Shown here: piece after piece, positions 42,280 through 53,078 of the stretch
How positions within the stretch are numbered: the stretch's first letter is position 1
Layout: each line of letters opens with the position of its first letter
Assembly: GCA_963726195.1 (NCBI GenBank)
Contig: CAVSBO010000008.1
Span: 1-64,000 of the forward strand
Direction: 5' to 3'
From: Candidatus Thorarchaeota archaeon
GTDB taxonomy: Archaea > Asgardarchaeota > Thorarchaeia > Thorarchaeales > Thorarchaeaceae
DNA length: 64,000 nt
The notes under the pieces: model-generated
What the model was told of the DNA's origin: nothing
Database searches by the model: none
The model's input: the letters and a program-made list of their open reading frames with translations, nothing else
Made by a program: the position numbers and the translations under genes

Positions 42280-43683
42280 ATGGGCTGGAAAGAAACCCTG
42301 CAGATTGTTCTCTTCTTCTTGAGCTGGCTCCCTGTAGCACTGTTGGCAGGTACTACTATTTTCGGAGTGACTGAGAACTATCCGCAGGATTTCAGCATCT
42401 ACAATCAGCAGTATAACGGACTAAGCGACTTTCGTACGCAGATTGAAGGTGTCGGGTACACGACTGCGTCTATAGAGTCCACGATGAGCGTTATCTCAAG
42501 GTACAACGGCAGCGCGGTTCTTGTGATCATGGGGCCTGTGAGCTACTTTACGATAGATGCAGTGCTCACGCTGTTCCAGCATCTCACAGCAGGCGGAGGG
42601 GTCCTCATAGCAGATGACTTCGGCACGGCGAATAGCTCTTTCGAGTTGCTCAACACACTGATTGCCGGGACATATTCACAAGGTTCGGCACAAGCTCACG
42701 GTTTCCTGTCATACACTGGAGGAGTCTTGCTAGACCTAAACTCCTATGCGATGAGCCCGAAGTTACCGATAATCAGAAGATCAAATGGTGGTTTCAGACC
42801 TGGTCTTGACCTAGGTGCTCTGACTGCCGGCGTGAATGAACTGTACCTCAACTGGGCTACAGCAATCAACCCACTCTGTCTTGTCGGGCAATCCGGTGTA
42901 GCCTGGACCACGACTCGTTCTTGGTGTGAGACTAACATAACCAGTCTGAACCCGTATCCAAGCGACAGCGAGTGGAACGGATCTCTCCCTGTCGTAGGAG
43001 CACTCGATCTCGGTGTTCTCAGCTCCAATCTCCGAGGAAGACTTGTCGCGACAAGTGACCCTAGTATCTTCATTAATGATATGCTCTCACGAGGCGACAA
43101 CAGCCGCTTTGCGAGAAATGTGATTGACTGGTTGTCTTACGGCAACAAGAGCAGACCCATTGTCTTCTGTGAGAACCTGCTTGCGGTGCCTTGGGCTTCA
43201 GCCGAGTTCTTCTACGGATTCTTCTTGGGCAGAGCCCTATGGTTGAGCACTATGCCATACTTTGCGCCTCTATACCCAATTCTTACTGTCGTGGGAATCA
43301 AGAAGTATCTTCCCGACGTGAAGAAACCTGAGGTCAAGAGTGTTTCCGAGGTTTTCCTTCGGCGCGGCCAGACCTATTTCAGTGAGCGCATGACGTACTA
43401 CCGGAGCGAGGGCAACTATGCTCGTGTCGTGAAGATGCTCTATAGAAAACTCAAGCGAGACCTCGTAAAGAAGTTCTCTTGGTCCGAATATGACTCCAGA
43501 AAGCTCTGGGAGCTTATGCGCTACAAGGATTCAAGTCTAGATGAGGCAAGGTTCTACAAATCTATTGACAGAATTGAGGAAATCTCGTCAAAGCCCGGAA
43601 TGAAGATCAAGGAGAGTGAGCTGATGACGCTCTTCTTCTGGATGAAGAACATATCGTCAGTATTAGTTGAAACAAGAAGGTGA
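42280..43683 (+). CDS. DUF4350-like membrane protein
   Basis: FSIYN..YNGLSDF, GGGVLIADDFGTAN, SDPSIFINDML; MoxR operon context. Confidence 0.8.
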   Translation: MGWKETLQIVLFFLSWLPVALLAGTTIFGVTENYPQDFSIYNQQYNGLSDFRTQIEGVGYTTASIESTMSVISRYNGSAVLVIMGPVSYFTIDAVLTLFQHLTAGGGVLIADDFGTANSSFELLNTLIAGTYSQGSAQAHGFLSYTGGVLLDLNSYAMSPKLPIIRRSNGGFRPGLDLGALTAGVNELYLNWATAINPLCLVGQSGVAWTTTRSWCETNITSLNPYPSDSEWNGSLPVVGALDLGVLSSNLRGRLVATSDPSIFINDMLSRGDNSRFARNVIDWLSYGNKSRPIVFCENLLAVPWASAEFFYGFFLGRALWLSTMPYFAPLYPILTVVGIKKYLPDVKKPEVKSVSEVFLRRGQTYFSERMTYYRSEGNYARVVKMLYRKLKRDLVKKFSWSEYDSRKLWELMRYKDSSLDEARFYKSIDRIEEISSKPGMKIKESELMTLFFWMKNISSVLVETRR

Positions 43684-43694
43684 GCTAGAAAGCA

Positions 43695-44684
43695 ATGACT
43701 GTAGAAGAAACAACAGAGCAAATGCAAGCCGCCATGGCTCAGCCAATGAGCATAGCGGAGGTTCATGACCTAGGCTCGGACATAATACGCGAATGCCAGA
43801 GAGTCATAGTTGGAAAAGTCGACATTCTCCGAGACACTATGATTGCCTTCCTCTCGAACGGACATGTCGTCTTGGAAGGTGTGCCAGGTCTCGCGAAGAC
43901 ATACATGGCACGTACGTTCGCATCGATACTGGGCTGTGCCTTCAAGCGAATCCAGCTGACAGTGGACACGCTACCCAGCGACGTTCTTGGAAGCAATGTA
44001 TTCAATCAGAAGAGCGGTGAGTTCTGGTTCCGCAAAGGTCCTGTTTTTGCGAATCTCGTATTGGCAGATGAGATTAACCGATGCCCCCCAAAATCGCAAA
44101 GCGCGCTTCTTGAGGTCATGGAGGAGCGGGAGGTCTCTACTGAGGGTGTAACAAGGAAGCTGCCACTGCCATTTCTGATGATTGCAACACAGAACCCGAT
44201 TGAGCAAGAGGGCACGTACCCTCTGCCAGAAGCGCAACTCGACCGATTCATGTTTCGTCTGATTCTCGACTACCCAACGCCCAGCGAAGAGGCTGAGGTC
44301 ATTCGTCGTAAGCATGTTGGTGAAGTGACTGACCTTAGGGTACTCGCCAGCCCAACCACGATTGTTCGGATGCAGAATGCCTGTAAGACTGTCTACATTG
44401 ACGAGGATCTGATGAACTACATACGTGACATAGTTGTACGAACTCGCAACGATCCTCAGATTCTTCTTGGAGGTTCCCCTCGTGCTTCTCTTGTGCTAAT
44501 GAGCGGTTCCAAAGCGAGGGCAGCCATGCACGGTCATGACTATGTCACTCCCGAGGATGTGAGAAAGCTTTGTGTTCAAACACTAAACCACCGGCTAATG
44601 CTCAAGCCGGAAGCCGAGTCTGAGGGGCTCACCATAGAGAAAGTGGTTTCCAAGATACTAGGAGAGGTTGACTGCCCGAAGTAA
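43695..44684 (+). CDS. moxR: MoxR family AAA+ ATPase
   Basis: LEGVPGLAKT, LADEINR, ATQNPIEQEGTYPLPEAQLDRF, GSPRAS. Confidence 0.96.
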   Translation: MTVEETTEQMQAAMAQPMSIAEVHDLGSDIIRECQRVIVGKVDILRDTMIAFLSNGHVVLEGVPGLAKTYMARTFASILGCAFKRIQLTVDTLPSDVLGSNVFNQKSGEFWFRKGPVFANLVLADEINRCPPKSQSALLEVMEEREVSTEGVTRKLPLPFLMIATQNPIEQEGTYPLPEAQLDRFMFRLILDYPTPSEEAEVIRRKHVGEVTDLRVLASPTTIVRMQNACKTVYIDEDLMNYIRDIVVRTRNDPQILLGGSPRASLVLMSGSKARAAMHGHDYVTPEDVRKLCVQTLNHRLMLKPEAESEGLTIEKVVSKILGEVDCPK

Positions 44685-44720
44685 TAGAGTCGGCACCCAA
44701 AAAGCTGGAGAAGATGAGCG

Positions 44721-46044
44721 GTGATTACCCAGAGAGGATTCACGGTCGTGTTTGCAGGGGCCTTGTTCCTAACCAGTGGTTTCTCTTTCATGAATTTCTA
44801 TCTCACTCTTCTTGGAGTATACCTGTTTGTCGGCCTAGTGGTCACATTGCCCCTGTTTGCGCTGACTGCAAACCTGTCTGGTATCGAAGTTGACCGCCAA
44901 ATTGACAAGACGAAGGTCTTCTCTGGAGACTTTCTGCGTGTCCGTGTAACTATTCGAAACGCATCTCGTCGCCATTTCGATTTCATTGAGGTCTGGGACC
45001 AGTACCCAGAGACATGGATACTGGCGATAGGAGAGAACTTCATGGCGTTCTCGCATAGAGCCCGGCAGCAGCATCACCTTTTCCTATATTCTCCAAGTCA
45101 GGATGCGGGGACGCTACTTCCTTGGCCCTACCGAGGTCGTAATGAGGGACAGACTGGGTCTTCACTATTACAAGCGCGTTGTCAAAGCGAAGACTGAGAT
45201 TCTCGTGTACCCAACTTGGAAGGACGTGCGACGCTTGGAGACGATTGGTAAGCAACGTCAGCTTGGGCTCATGTTTGGAGCTCACAGGACCAAGACTGTG
45301 GGAATGGGCACCGAGTTTAGCGGTTTCCGTGAGTACGTTCCCGGTGATTCTTTCAGACTCATCGACTGGGCGGCCACAGCGAAAAGGGGCGAGATGACGG
45401 TGAAGCAATACGAGGAAGAGAAGAACGTTCAAATCATCTGCATGGTCGATACATCTGGGAGTATGGGCAATGGGTACCCTGAGAACACCAAGCTGGAGTA
45501 TGGCATCCGAGCTGCAGTACTGCTCACATACATGGGAATAGAGAGAAAGGACTTCGTGGGCGTTTGTGTCTTTTCGGACGTTGTTCATGCCTATGTCCGT
45601 CCGAGTACACGTCAAGAACACATGTACCAAGTGCTTGACGCTTTGGCGATGGCCGAGCCGGGCGGCTGGAGCGACTACGAGAGTGCTGTCTCTCATGTAA
45701 CTAGTCAGACAAAGAAGCGTTCTCTGTTCTTCTTTCTGACCGACTTGGAAGAGTCCCCTGCCCCTCTCCTAAGCGCGATGAAGACTGTGGTGGCAAATGG
45801 TCACAGGGCAGTGGTGATAAGCCCGTTTGGTCCTTGGTTTGAAGTTCCTGTTGGTGAATTCGGACCCGTTGAGAAGGTTCTCTCTGAAGCAGTGTCCGAA
45901 GAGCTTTGGGTGAGACGCGGAAAGATATCACAGGCCCTGGCACGGTTCGGCATACCTGTTATCAATGTAGGTCCCGAGGATTTCTTGCCTACCATTATCC
46001 GACAGTACAATATAGCAAAGCAAAGGGGTGTCGCGCTGCATTGA
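44721..46044 (+). CDS. DUF58 vWA-domain protein; frameshift near 45050
   Basis: EFSGFREYVPGDSFRLIDWAATAK; MIDAS DTSGSM. Confidence 0.92.
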
Positions 46045-47408
46045 GAGTCGTCACCTGGATACTGCGCATTCTTTCAACGGCCACCTTCATCGCTATGGCT
46101 TACATTGTATATCGTATCATGTCCGGTCATTGGGATTGGAGCATACCTTATCTCTTCATTGTCACTGTGTTCCGTCTCTTGTCACTGCTCGTGTTTTTCT
46201 TGGCCGTAATGATGGTGAATGCTCTACTCGGTGGTCAAGGCACGAATGATTTGTTGGCGGGGCTGTATAACACCATCATTCTGCATTTGTGGGATATGCA
46301 ACCGTATGGAGTTACAGGACCTCTCGCTAACGCGGGACAGGTATTCACCACCTTCAGAGGTAGCCTTCTTACGATCCTCGGCACTCTTTGGCTGCAGACA
46401 TTCACCTTCCTGTATTTCCTCTTTGCTGCAATCGGTGTAGTGATGTTCCTGCAATCGCTGGTCAGGATGGATCACAAGTTCGTCGGTGCAGCCTTCATCT
46501 CAATCCAGCTGATTCTCGTGGTGGCTGCGTTCAGAGAGGTATCCGGTGTCCCCAATTATGCTCAGTTTCCAGCTGACTTCTTCTTGTTCTTGGGAAGTAA
46601 CGTGCAATTGCTAGCACTTGTCTCGTTCGCTTACCTTGAGATAAGCTACCAAATGATTTACAGCTACTCGGTGGGAAAGCCGGTTGAGGACCGAGAAGAG
46701 ACCCTGAAGAAGCAGCTCTTGCGCTCCGGATGGCGACAAGAAAGCAAGACGCAATCGAGCGAGGCGAGAAAGTCAGCAGCACAGCTATGAGCAGGTCTTC
46801 GGGTGCGACAGCCTTCTCGTTTCTGAGGGAAACAATCGAGAGAAAGGTAATTGGCACGAAAGATGCACTTGAGAATCTGGATGCTGTGGCTGACGTGCGG
46901 CGTCTTCAGAATTTCGTTGACGAGCTCCTGCGCAATGACCCCGCCGCAAAAAATGAGCTAACTGCGCGGGCCGCCGCTCCATCCCAGAACTATATCATAA
47001 GATCCACGATACTGGGCTCCCTCTTTCGGTTAGGTTGTGTAATCGCGATTTCCTTCTGCCTGATGAACCCGTCCTTATTCGTGGCGCTTCTTAGTCTTCC
47101 GCCGGGTATAGCGAACAGCGTAGAGCTACACCAGCCGGAGTTCATACTGCTCTTCCTTGTGCCAGTGGTCCTGCTGTTCCCGTTTGCTGCCATGTTGATT
47201 GGCAGTTTGGTGGTGCGCGAGGGCGAAGTCAAGCCGGACAAGGAAAGAGAAGGAGAAACTCAAGAAAGAGAAAAAGGAGCTTAAGGAAAAGAAGAGAGCT
47301 GCCGGGAAGGCAAGAACGGAACGTACGAGGGCCCGCAAGAGGATTCACGAAGAAGCTGAAGAAAAGGACGAGTGGGATCGAGTCATTGAACAAGTCAAAG
47401 GGCAATGA
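46041..47408 (+). CDS. Polytopic membrane protein with charged C-terminal tail; two frameshifts
   Basis: ORFs 45906-46790, 46730-47284 and 47199-47408 join; TTG start overlaps the DUF58 stop. Confidence 0.7.
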
Positions 47409-47429
47409 GCTTGTGCGAGGCGAATTCTC

Positions 47430-48393
47430 GTGACATCAATCACACTGACACATGGCGACATTGATGGAATAACCGCCGGGGCCGTAGATATGCTTGCATT
47501 TCCTGGCGCGGAGTTCTATTTCAGTCGGCCATCCCAGATTCACTTGGATCTCTCTAGGATAGCTAAGGATCAGCCCGAGAATGTTGTAGTCAGCGATATA
47601 GCTATGAATGCGACGCGCACTACGGAGATTCTCGACGCGCTTCGGCATCTTTCCCAGCACTATCCATTGGATCGACCATCATCCGATGGACGCTTCGGTC
47701 AAGAAGGAACTATCGAGATTGACAGATCTCTACCATGAAACAGAACCCTGTGCGGCTGAACTTGCCTATCGGAAGTTTGAGGAACGGCTTCCTGAGCATG
47801 CCCTGAACCTAGCCTTGTACGGAGCAATCGCTGATTATTGTGATACTACGCCTTTCGTAACCAAGCATCTTGAAGACTTTGATAAGCGAACACTATTCCT
47901 TGAAGCAGGGCTGCTGGTTGCGGCCCTACAGGAGATAGACTACCGAGGTCAGGCAAGAGATCTAGCACTGCAATTGACGCTTGGCATTGAACCGAGCTCG
48001 ATGAATGATGTTGTGGACCTCGCTATCAAAGCGACTCGGATAGAGCATGAGGTCTACAGATACGTTAGACAGAATGCGAAGAAGCTTGGCCAAGTCGGTT
48101 ATGTTCTTGACATGCCTGTCAGTGGTTTTCGTGGAAAGGCCGCCAAGTTCGCTGCTACTGCCACGGACACATGCGTGGGCATTAGTGGCAGGTCGTTCGG
48201 TGAAGAAGTGGATCTGTCGGTTAGATGACGTAATTGCGACATAGATCTCAACGTCACAATGAACAAGGTTCTCTCAGGAATCGACAAGGCCCAAGGTGGA
48301 GGCCATCCGAGTGCGGTCGGGGCCAGTATGAACAGGAATGATTTTCAGGTCTTCCTAGAACGGCTGGCTAATCAGGTCCAGAAATTCACCTAG
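47430..48393 (+). CDS. DHH/DHHA1 family phosphoesterase; frameshift near 47650 and in-frame TGA at 48226
   Basis: THGDIDG, VSDIA, WIDHH, GAIADY; GGGHPSAVG follows the TGA in the same frame. Confidence 0.88.
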
Positions 48394-50753
48394 AGGATGT
48401 GCAAGAGGCCACTGAAGAACACAAAGGCCACTGTGACAATCGCCTCACCAGCCACGATGCCGCTAAGGAAGCGGTTCGTTTTCTCATATCTAGGACTTGA
48501 GATTTCTTCTTGGACTATTGGTTCATCTGTTGCTGGTCGTGGCTCCTTTCTGACCCAATAGTCTATGAATCCACCGACTGCGATCGTGACCGCCGTTGCT
48601 GCAGGTACTAGTAGCCCTACTGCAAAGCTCATTCCACTCAGTTTTCTATTCTCAAGTTCCCTGCCAACAAAGAAGCCAATCACTGCATAGACCATCAGGT
48701 ATAGAAAAACCAGCACTGGGTGTACGCCAGGAAACAGATTCATCCCGGGAAGTTGGCCGCTCAAGCCCGTAATCAGGATGGCGAATAGCTGAGCTGTCGG
48801 ACTCGGAAAGTCGCTTCCTCCGAATCCACCCATGTCCTTGTAGATGAAGAATATGAAATAGGAGCCTACGATAGTCCCAAGCATCAAGCCAATGAACACA
48901 GCCTTTATGATATCCCTGCCTCTGACTCCAGTCAGTCTTCCCAGACTGAGATGCACAAGTCCGGCCATTGCCGCATCTTGGAATGATCCAATCATGCTTT
49001 CGAATCTAGTAATTGGAACGAAAGTAACCCTGAAGATAAGGACAGCAAGTGACGACACCACATCGGAGATGTATCCCGCTAACAAACCTGTCTCGCTAAT
49101 CGCCTTGGCGGTGAAGTATGCAGAGAGAAGAGCGATGGGCGGGCCAAAGAGAAAGAGCTCCCAAGGAACGTAGGTCAAACCAAGGGGGTCCAAGACACCA
49201 CCCGGGACCAGAATCGAGAAAATCACTATCTCGAATGCTATCAGCATGAGTGTAGAAACCACAGCTACCCAACTAGGTACGACACCGTTTCTCCTTCTGA
49301 GGTACCCGTCTGGGTCGTCAACCAACTCTTTGATTTCGTTTTTCACGTATGCAGTCCATGACCTCAATTGATTTGCTCTCATTCGCGCTTCATCCACGTT
49401 CATGTGAGCGACAAATTGGTCTGCTTTTTCTTGTGCTCCCTTCATAATGACTTCTCGTCGGAGTCCAGTCTTGGCCTCTTGGACGCCTTCTTCCGCGGTA
49501 CCGAGTTCTTGGGTCTTTGCCTTCTTTTTCCCTCCTCCCAGCATATCATGAGTTATGACCGCGGCAAAAGCCCCGATGACTAGATAGAGTAGCTCACCAC
49601 GTTGAAGATGGCCACCTATGTCCTCATTCGGCATGCCCTCCAAGAACACCCAGATGGCAATAGACACCAGAGTGCCAGAAACTAGCACGATTACTCTCTT
49701 CCATCCGACAAAGAACCCGATTGCAGCGATAAGAGGCGAAGTGCTCGCGCCTAACCAGTTCAATTTGTCGGTAATGCCTATGAACGGAACAGTAGATAGA
49801 CGTGCTCCCGTTGCCACTTCCGCCACCTTGGTCGGCACGACTATCGCCGTTGAGGCAGCAAGTCCCTCAATCACTGTGACTTTCGCTGCCCTGTCGGCGC
49901 CCATGGAGACTATCACCTGAGCCTGTGGTTTCAGCTGCGGCCAGGGCGCTTTTGCAAATTGGCCTCTAAATGGGATTAGGATAACCATTCCGAAAAGCAC
50001 GCTGATAAGCATCGTTAGGGCAATTCACTCGTAACTGTATACGTACGGCGCATATTGCGGAAGAGTTGGATTATGTGTGCTGTTATATATGTCGTAAATC
50101 TGAATCGCTGGGAGAGAAATCAGGACACCTACGGAAACCATCGAGGAGCTGTTCGCTATCGCAACGACGATCGTATTCTCCTCTTTCGTGTATCTCCCTC
50201 CCGCACTGAGAATCAATGCCCCGAGCATTTCTGATCCAACAAAGTACACGACTCCCAGTTTCAACATCAGATAGATGCCGAGGAAGGTCATGACAACTCC
50301 GACAGCGATTCCTGTCATTATGGCTCGTTTGGTCAGCGGGAATTTCAGATTGGCAGCTTGATAGACGTAGACTGTCACGCTTCCGGCTCCTATCAGCACT
50401 ATCTCAGAGAGTGCACGAAAAAGTAGGCCGCCAAAAAGGTAAGCAAATCCGACCAAGCCCAAGAGCCCGAGTTGGAGAAAAGTAGGTCGTTTTTTCAGCA
50501 GAGAGATAAGAATCAATAGTGGTTCCAAGACGAGAGTGGCGACTACTCCAACCTCGATACGACCATACCAAAGCACGACGACGCAGTAGATGAAGCCCAC
50601 ACAGTAGATTATCACTGGTATTGAGCTGATGAGAATCGCTAGTGCCCTGTTGAAAGTCGGCCTTAGTCGATTGGACACGGGCCGTAGTCTTGCAAGAATG
50701 CGATTCTCACTCAAGTATACTACCTCCGGGAATTGTCTTGCCAGTCTAGCCAT
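48390..50753 (-). CDS. OPT/YSL family transporter; frameshift near 50020
   Basis: LTKRAIMTG...YLMLKLG, ENTIV, PWPQ, FPSPTAQ, SGIVAGEAI. Confidence 0.85.
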
Positions 50754-50826
50754 ATCAGGGGCTTTGAACTACGCAAGTCAACGAGCCGAAGCTTTGGGTT
50801 GGGCTTGTTCTTTTATTGTTTGTGAA

Positions 50827-52101
50827 GTCAACTACCTACGACCAAAGTCGCAGGCTTGCCACTGCGATCAGCGGTAGAAACCCTACCTCATCATTTCGTG
50901 CGACGTTCGGGCGGTTGACTTTCGCCCTCCCGACCACAGCATTGCCACGGTCGGATATGTTTCTGGCGGCATTCAGGTCTGCATGGATTGAAAACTCGCA
51001 TTGCTTGCATACAAACTCGGAGCCGTGCCGATTGCTCTTGACAATGTGGCCGCATCGCGAACACCGCTGGCTCGTGTACTTTGGGCTCACGAAGAGCACC
51101 AACTTGCCCGCTTCGAGTGCCTTATTTTCAACAATCCGCTCGAGCTGGTAATATGCCCAGTTCGCGAACTTCTTGCGAGTCTGTTTACCAATGTGGCGTC
51201 CTTTCCTGCTATTGGTTTTAATCCCCTTCAAGTCTTCCAAGACGATGCAATCGAAGGGCTTGGATACAAGCCATGATGCGATTCTGTAGTTCTCTCCAAT
51301 CACAAACCGTCTTTCCCGCCCCGCGAGCACCTTCAGCTTTCGCTTGCAACGGCGGGTGCCTTTCGACTGGAGAGACTTTCGTAAGTACTGGTGCTTGTAT
51401 TTCACGTTCTTGATGTGCTTGGAATTGAAGAAGGTGTTGTCAGACGCGACTACTGCGTTATTGATGCCGCGGTCTGCGCCCAGGAACGTAACCGGGTGGT
51501 AATTCACGATGGGATCGGGTATCTCAATGTTCAAGAACGCGATGACCTTGTCCTTCTTTACCTTCAGCACGACCGAGTTCACGGCCGAGAACTGGTACTT
51601 TCTAAAATACTCCGGAATGACGAGCGGATAGGTTTTGCGTCCGTCAACGGTCGAAATGGAGATTTCTCCGCTCTTCAAGAACGGAGTAAACGTACGCTGA
51701 TTCAGTCGTATTGAAGACATCGGTTTCTTGACCGGCTTCTTGCATTGCCAGTTCTTCTTCTTGGCGAGTTTCAACGATGCTGATGCCATATCACGCGCAC
51801 ATTGTATGAGCGACGACTGTAGGCGCGGCAATCGTTTCCGAACGGACGCGTAGGTCGCCGCATGCAGCACAATCTTGTTGTACGTCCCGCGTTCGCATCC
51901 TGCGCCGATCACCTCGTTTGCCGCATCGTTGTACTGGCGGACAGTCTCGGCCAGCGATGGGTCGAGCGGGAGGGGGCATTGGATGGTGCGTATCATAACT
52001 CAACGATTGCCGTGTATTTCATTAGAGCTTAAATCCTTCTATTTCGCAGCGGCGATTCTTCCCCCACTGAAGTCGCGGGGGTCTCCTCGTCGCATTTCTT
52101 C
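50827..52101 (-). mobile_element. IS200/IS605-family non-autonomous (tnpB-only, IS1341-like) element
   Basis: Left-end hairpin 52049-52093 preceded on the minus strand by TTGAT; right-end hairpin GCCTGCGAC-TTTG-GTCGTAGGT then AGTTGAC; no tnpA. Confidence 0.85.
50836..51996 (-). CDS. tnpB: RNA-guided endonuclease TnpB
   Basis: RuvC I GADRG, RuvC II VLEDL, Zn finger CSRC..CKQC, RuvC III HADLNAARNI. Confidence 0.96.
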   Translation of the reverse strand: MIRTIQCPLPLDPSLAETVRQYNDAANEVIGAGCERGTYNKIVLHAATYASVRKRLPRLQSSLIQCARDMASASLKLAKKKNWQCKKPVKKPMSSIRLNQRTFTPFLKSGEISISTVDGRKTYPLVIPEYFRKYQFSAVNSVVLKVKKDKVIAFLNIEIPDPIVNYHPVTFLGADRGINNAVVASDNTFFNSKHIKNVKYKHQYLRKSLQSKGTRRCKRKLKVLAGRERRFVIGENYRIASWLVSKPFDCIVLEDLKGIKTNSRKGRHIGKQTRKKFANWAYYQLERIVENKALEAGKLVLFVSPKYTSQRCSRCGHIVKSNRHGSEFVCKQCEFSIHADLNAARNISDRGNAVVGRAKVNRPNVARNDEVGFLPLIAVASLRLWS

Positions 52102-52217
52102 ATCAAGTGGAAGGTCCTTGTGTGTCTTTCTTCATGAGGACCTTCGAGATTATCTTAAATTGGTGAGCCTGCTAGTGCTCTCTACTGACCATGTGAGTTC
52201 AACGGGGTTAGTGCAAG

Positions 52218-52598
52218 ATGGCCGATCCGGTAATGGAAGTATATACGAAGGCATACAACGACTCCGGAAAGATGATTCAAGCATTCGGAGTGGTTAACGT
52301 AGCTGGGAGAGTCCTTTGGCAGAGCAGCAACTGGGATCTCACAGCCGATGCCAAGAACCTTGTGGCAGCAGTAGCTCAGAAAGCACCCAGCGTGATTCAG
52401 AACAAGGTGAAGTACAGCACAATAAGGTCTAGCCCAGATAGTCTTGTGGCGCGGAATGTGCAAGGGAGCGGCACACTGCTCCTTGCGAAAATTGATGCCG
52501 ACAAGTGGGTTGTTGCTTGGGCGAACCCTAGTGCTGCACCTGACGGAATCTATGTCGACGTAGACCGTGCGGCGAAGTCGCTGAAGGGCAAAGTCTAA
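52218..52598 (+). CDS. Asgard-type profilin
   Basis: 126 aa; AFGVVNVAGRVLWQSSNWDL, NKVKYSTIR, LVARNVQGSGTL pattern of Asgard profilins. Confidence 0.85.
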   Translation: MADPVMEVYTKAYNDSGKMIQAFGVVNVAGRVLWQSSNWDLTADAKNLVAAVAQKAPSVIQNKVKYSTIRSSPDSLVARNVQGSGTLLLAKIDADKWVVAWANPSAAPDGIYVDVDRAAKSLKGKV

Positions 52599-52696
52599 AC
52601 AAGAGCGGCTTGTTACCAGCGAACAATATATCCCTTCTATGTTCCTGAAGGAGGATTAGATTCCTGGGAAATGAACCGGTCTTCGGTGGTCCGGCC

Positions 52697-53071
52697 ATGT
52701 CAACAGTCATTGATAGTGAGTGGAAGAGCCTGTTTGAAAGCAATCCCGGGTTTCAGGCTTTCGCAGTCTGCAAGGACGGTGCTATAGTCTGGCAGACCAG
52801 CAATTGGAGTCTTGTTAGTGAGGCGCGGGAGTTGGCTCGAGCGCCAGATACTGCAGTCCCTTCTGTTCAGGCTAACAAGGTCAAATACTTGAGAGTCGCT
52901 TCAAGCCAAGAATCGTACATCGGAACTTCAGGGGGAAACAAAGGTCACTTTCTGATGGCACTGGTTCAAGGGAAGACATGGTTGATGGCACTCGTGGCTC
53001 CTGAATCTGTTCCTGAGCTTGCCATTGTCGATCTTTCAAGGTCTGCCGTTCGGCTCATTGATAAGGTATGA
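52697..53071 (+). CDS. Second Asgard-type profilin paralog
   Basis: QAFAVCKDGAIVWQTSNWSL, NKVKY, NKGHFL; collinear with the upstream paralog. Confidence 0.82.
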   Translation: MSTVIDSEWKSLFESNPGFQAFAVCKDGAIVWQTSNWSLVSEARELARAPDTAVPSVQANKVKYLRVASSQESYIGTSGGNKGHFLMALVQGKTWLMALVAPESVPELAIVDLSRSAVRLIDKV

Positions 53072-53078
53072 ACGGGTG

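Noticed and set aside
50836-51996. TnpB as a nuclease-dead TldR or a Cas12f CRISPR effector
   Set aside because: All RuvC catalytic residues are present, IS ends flank it, and I saw no CRISPR array in the window.
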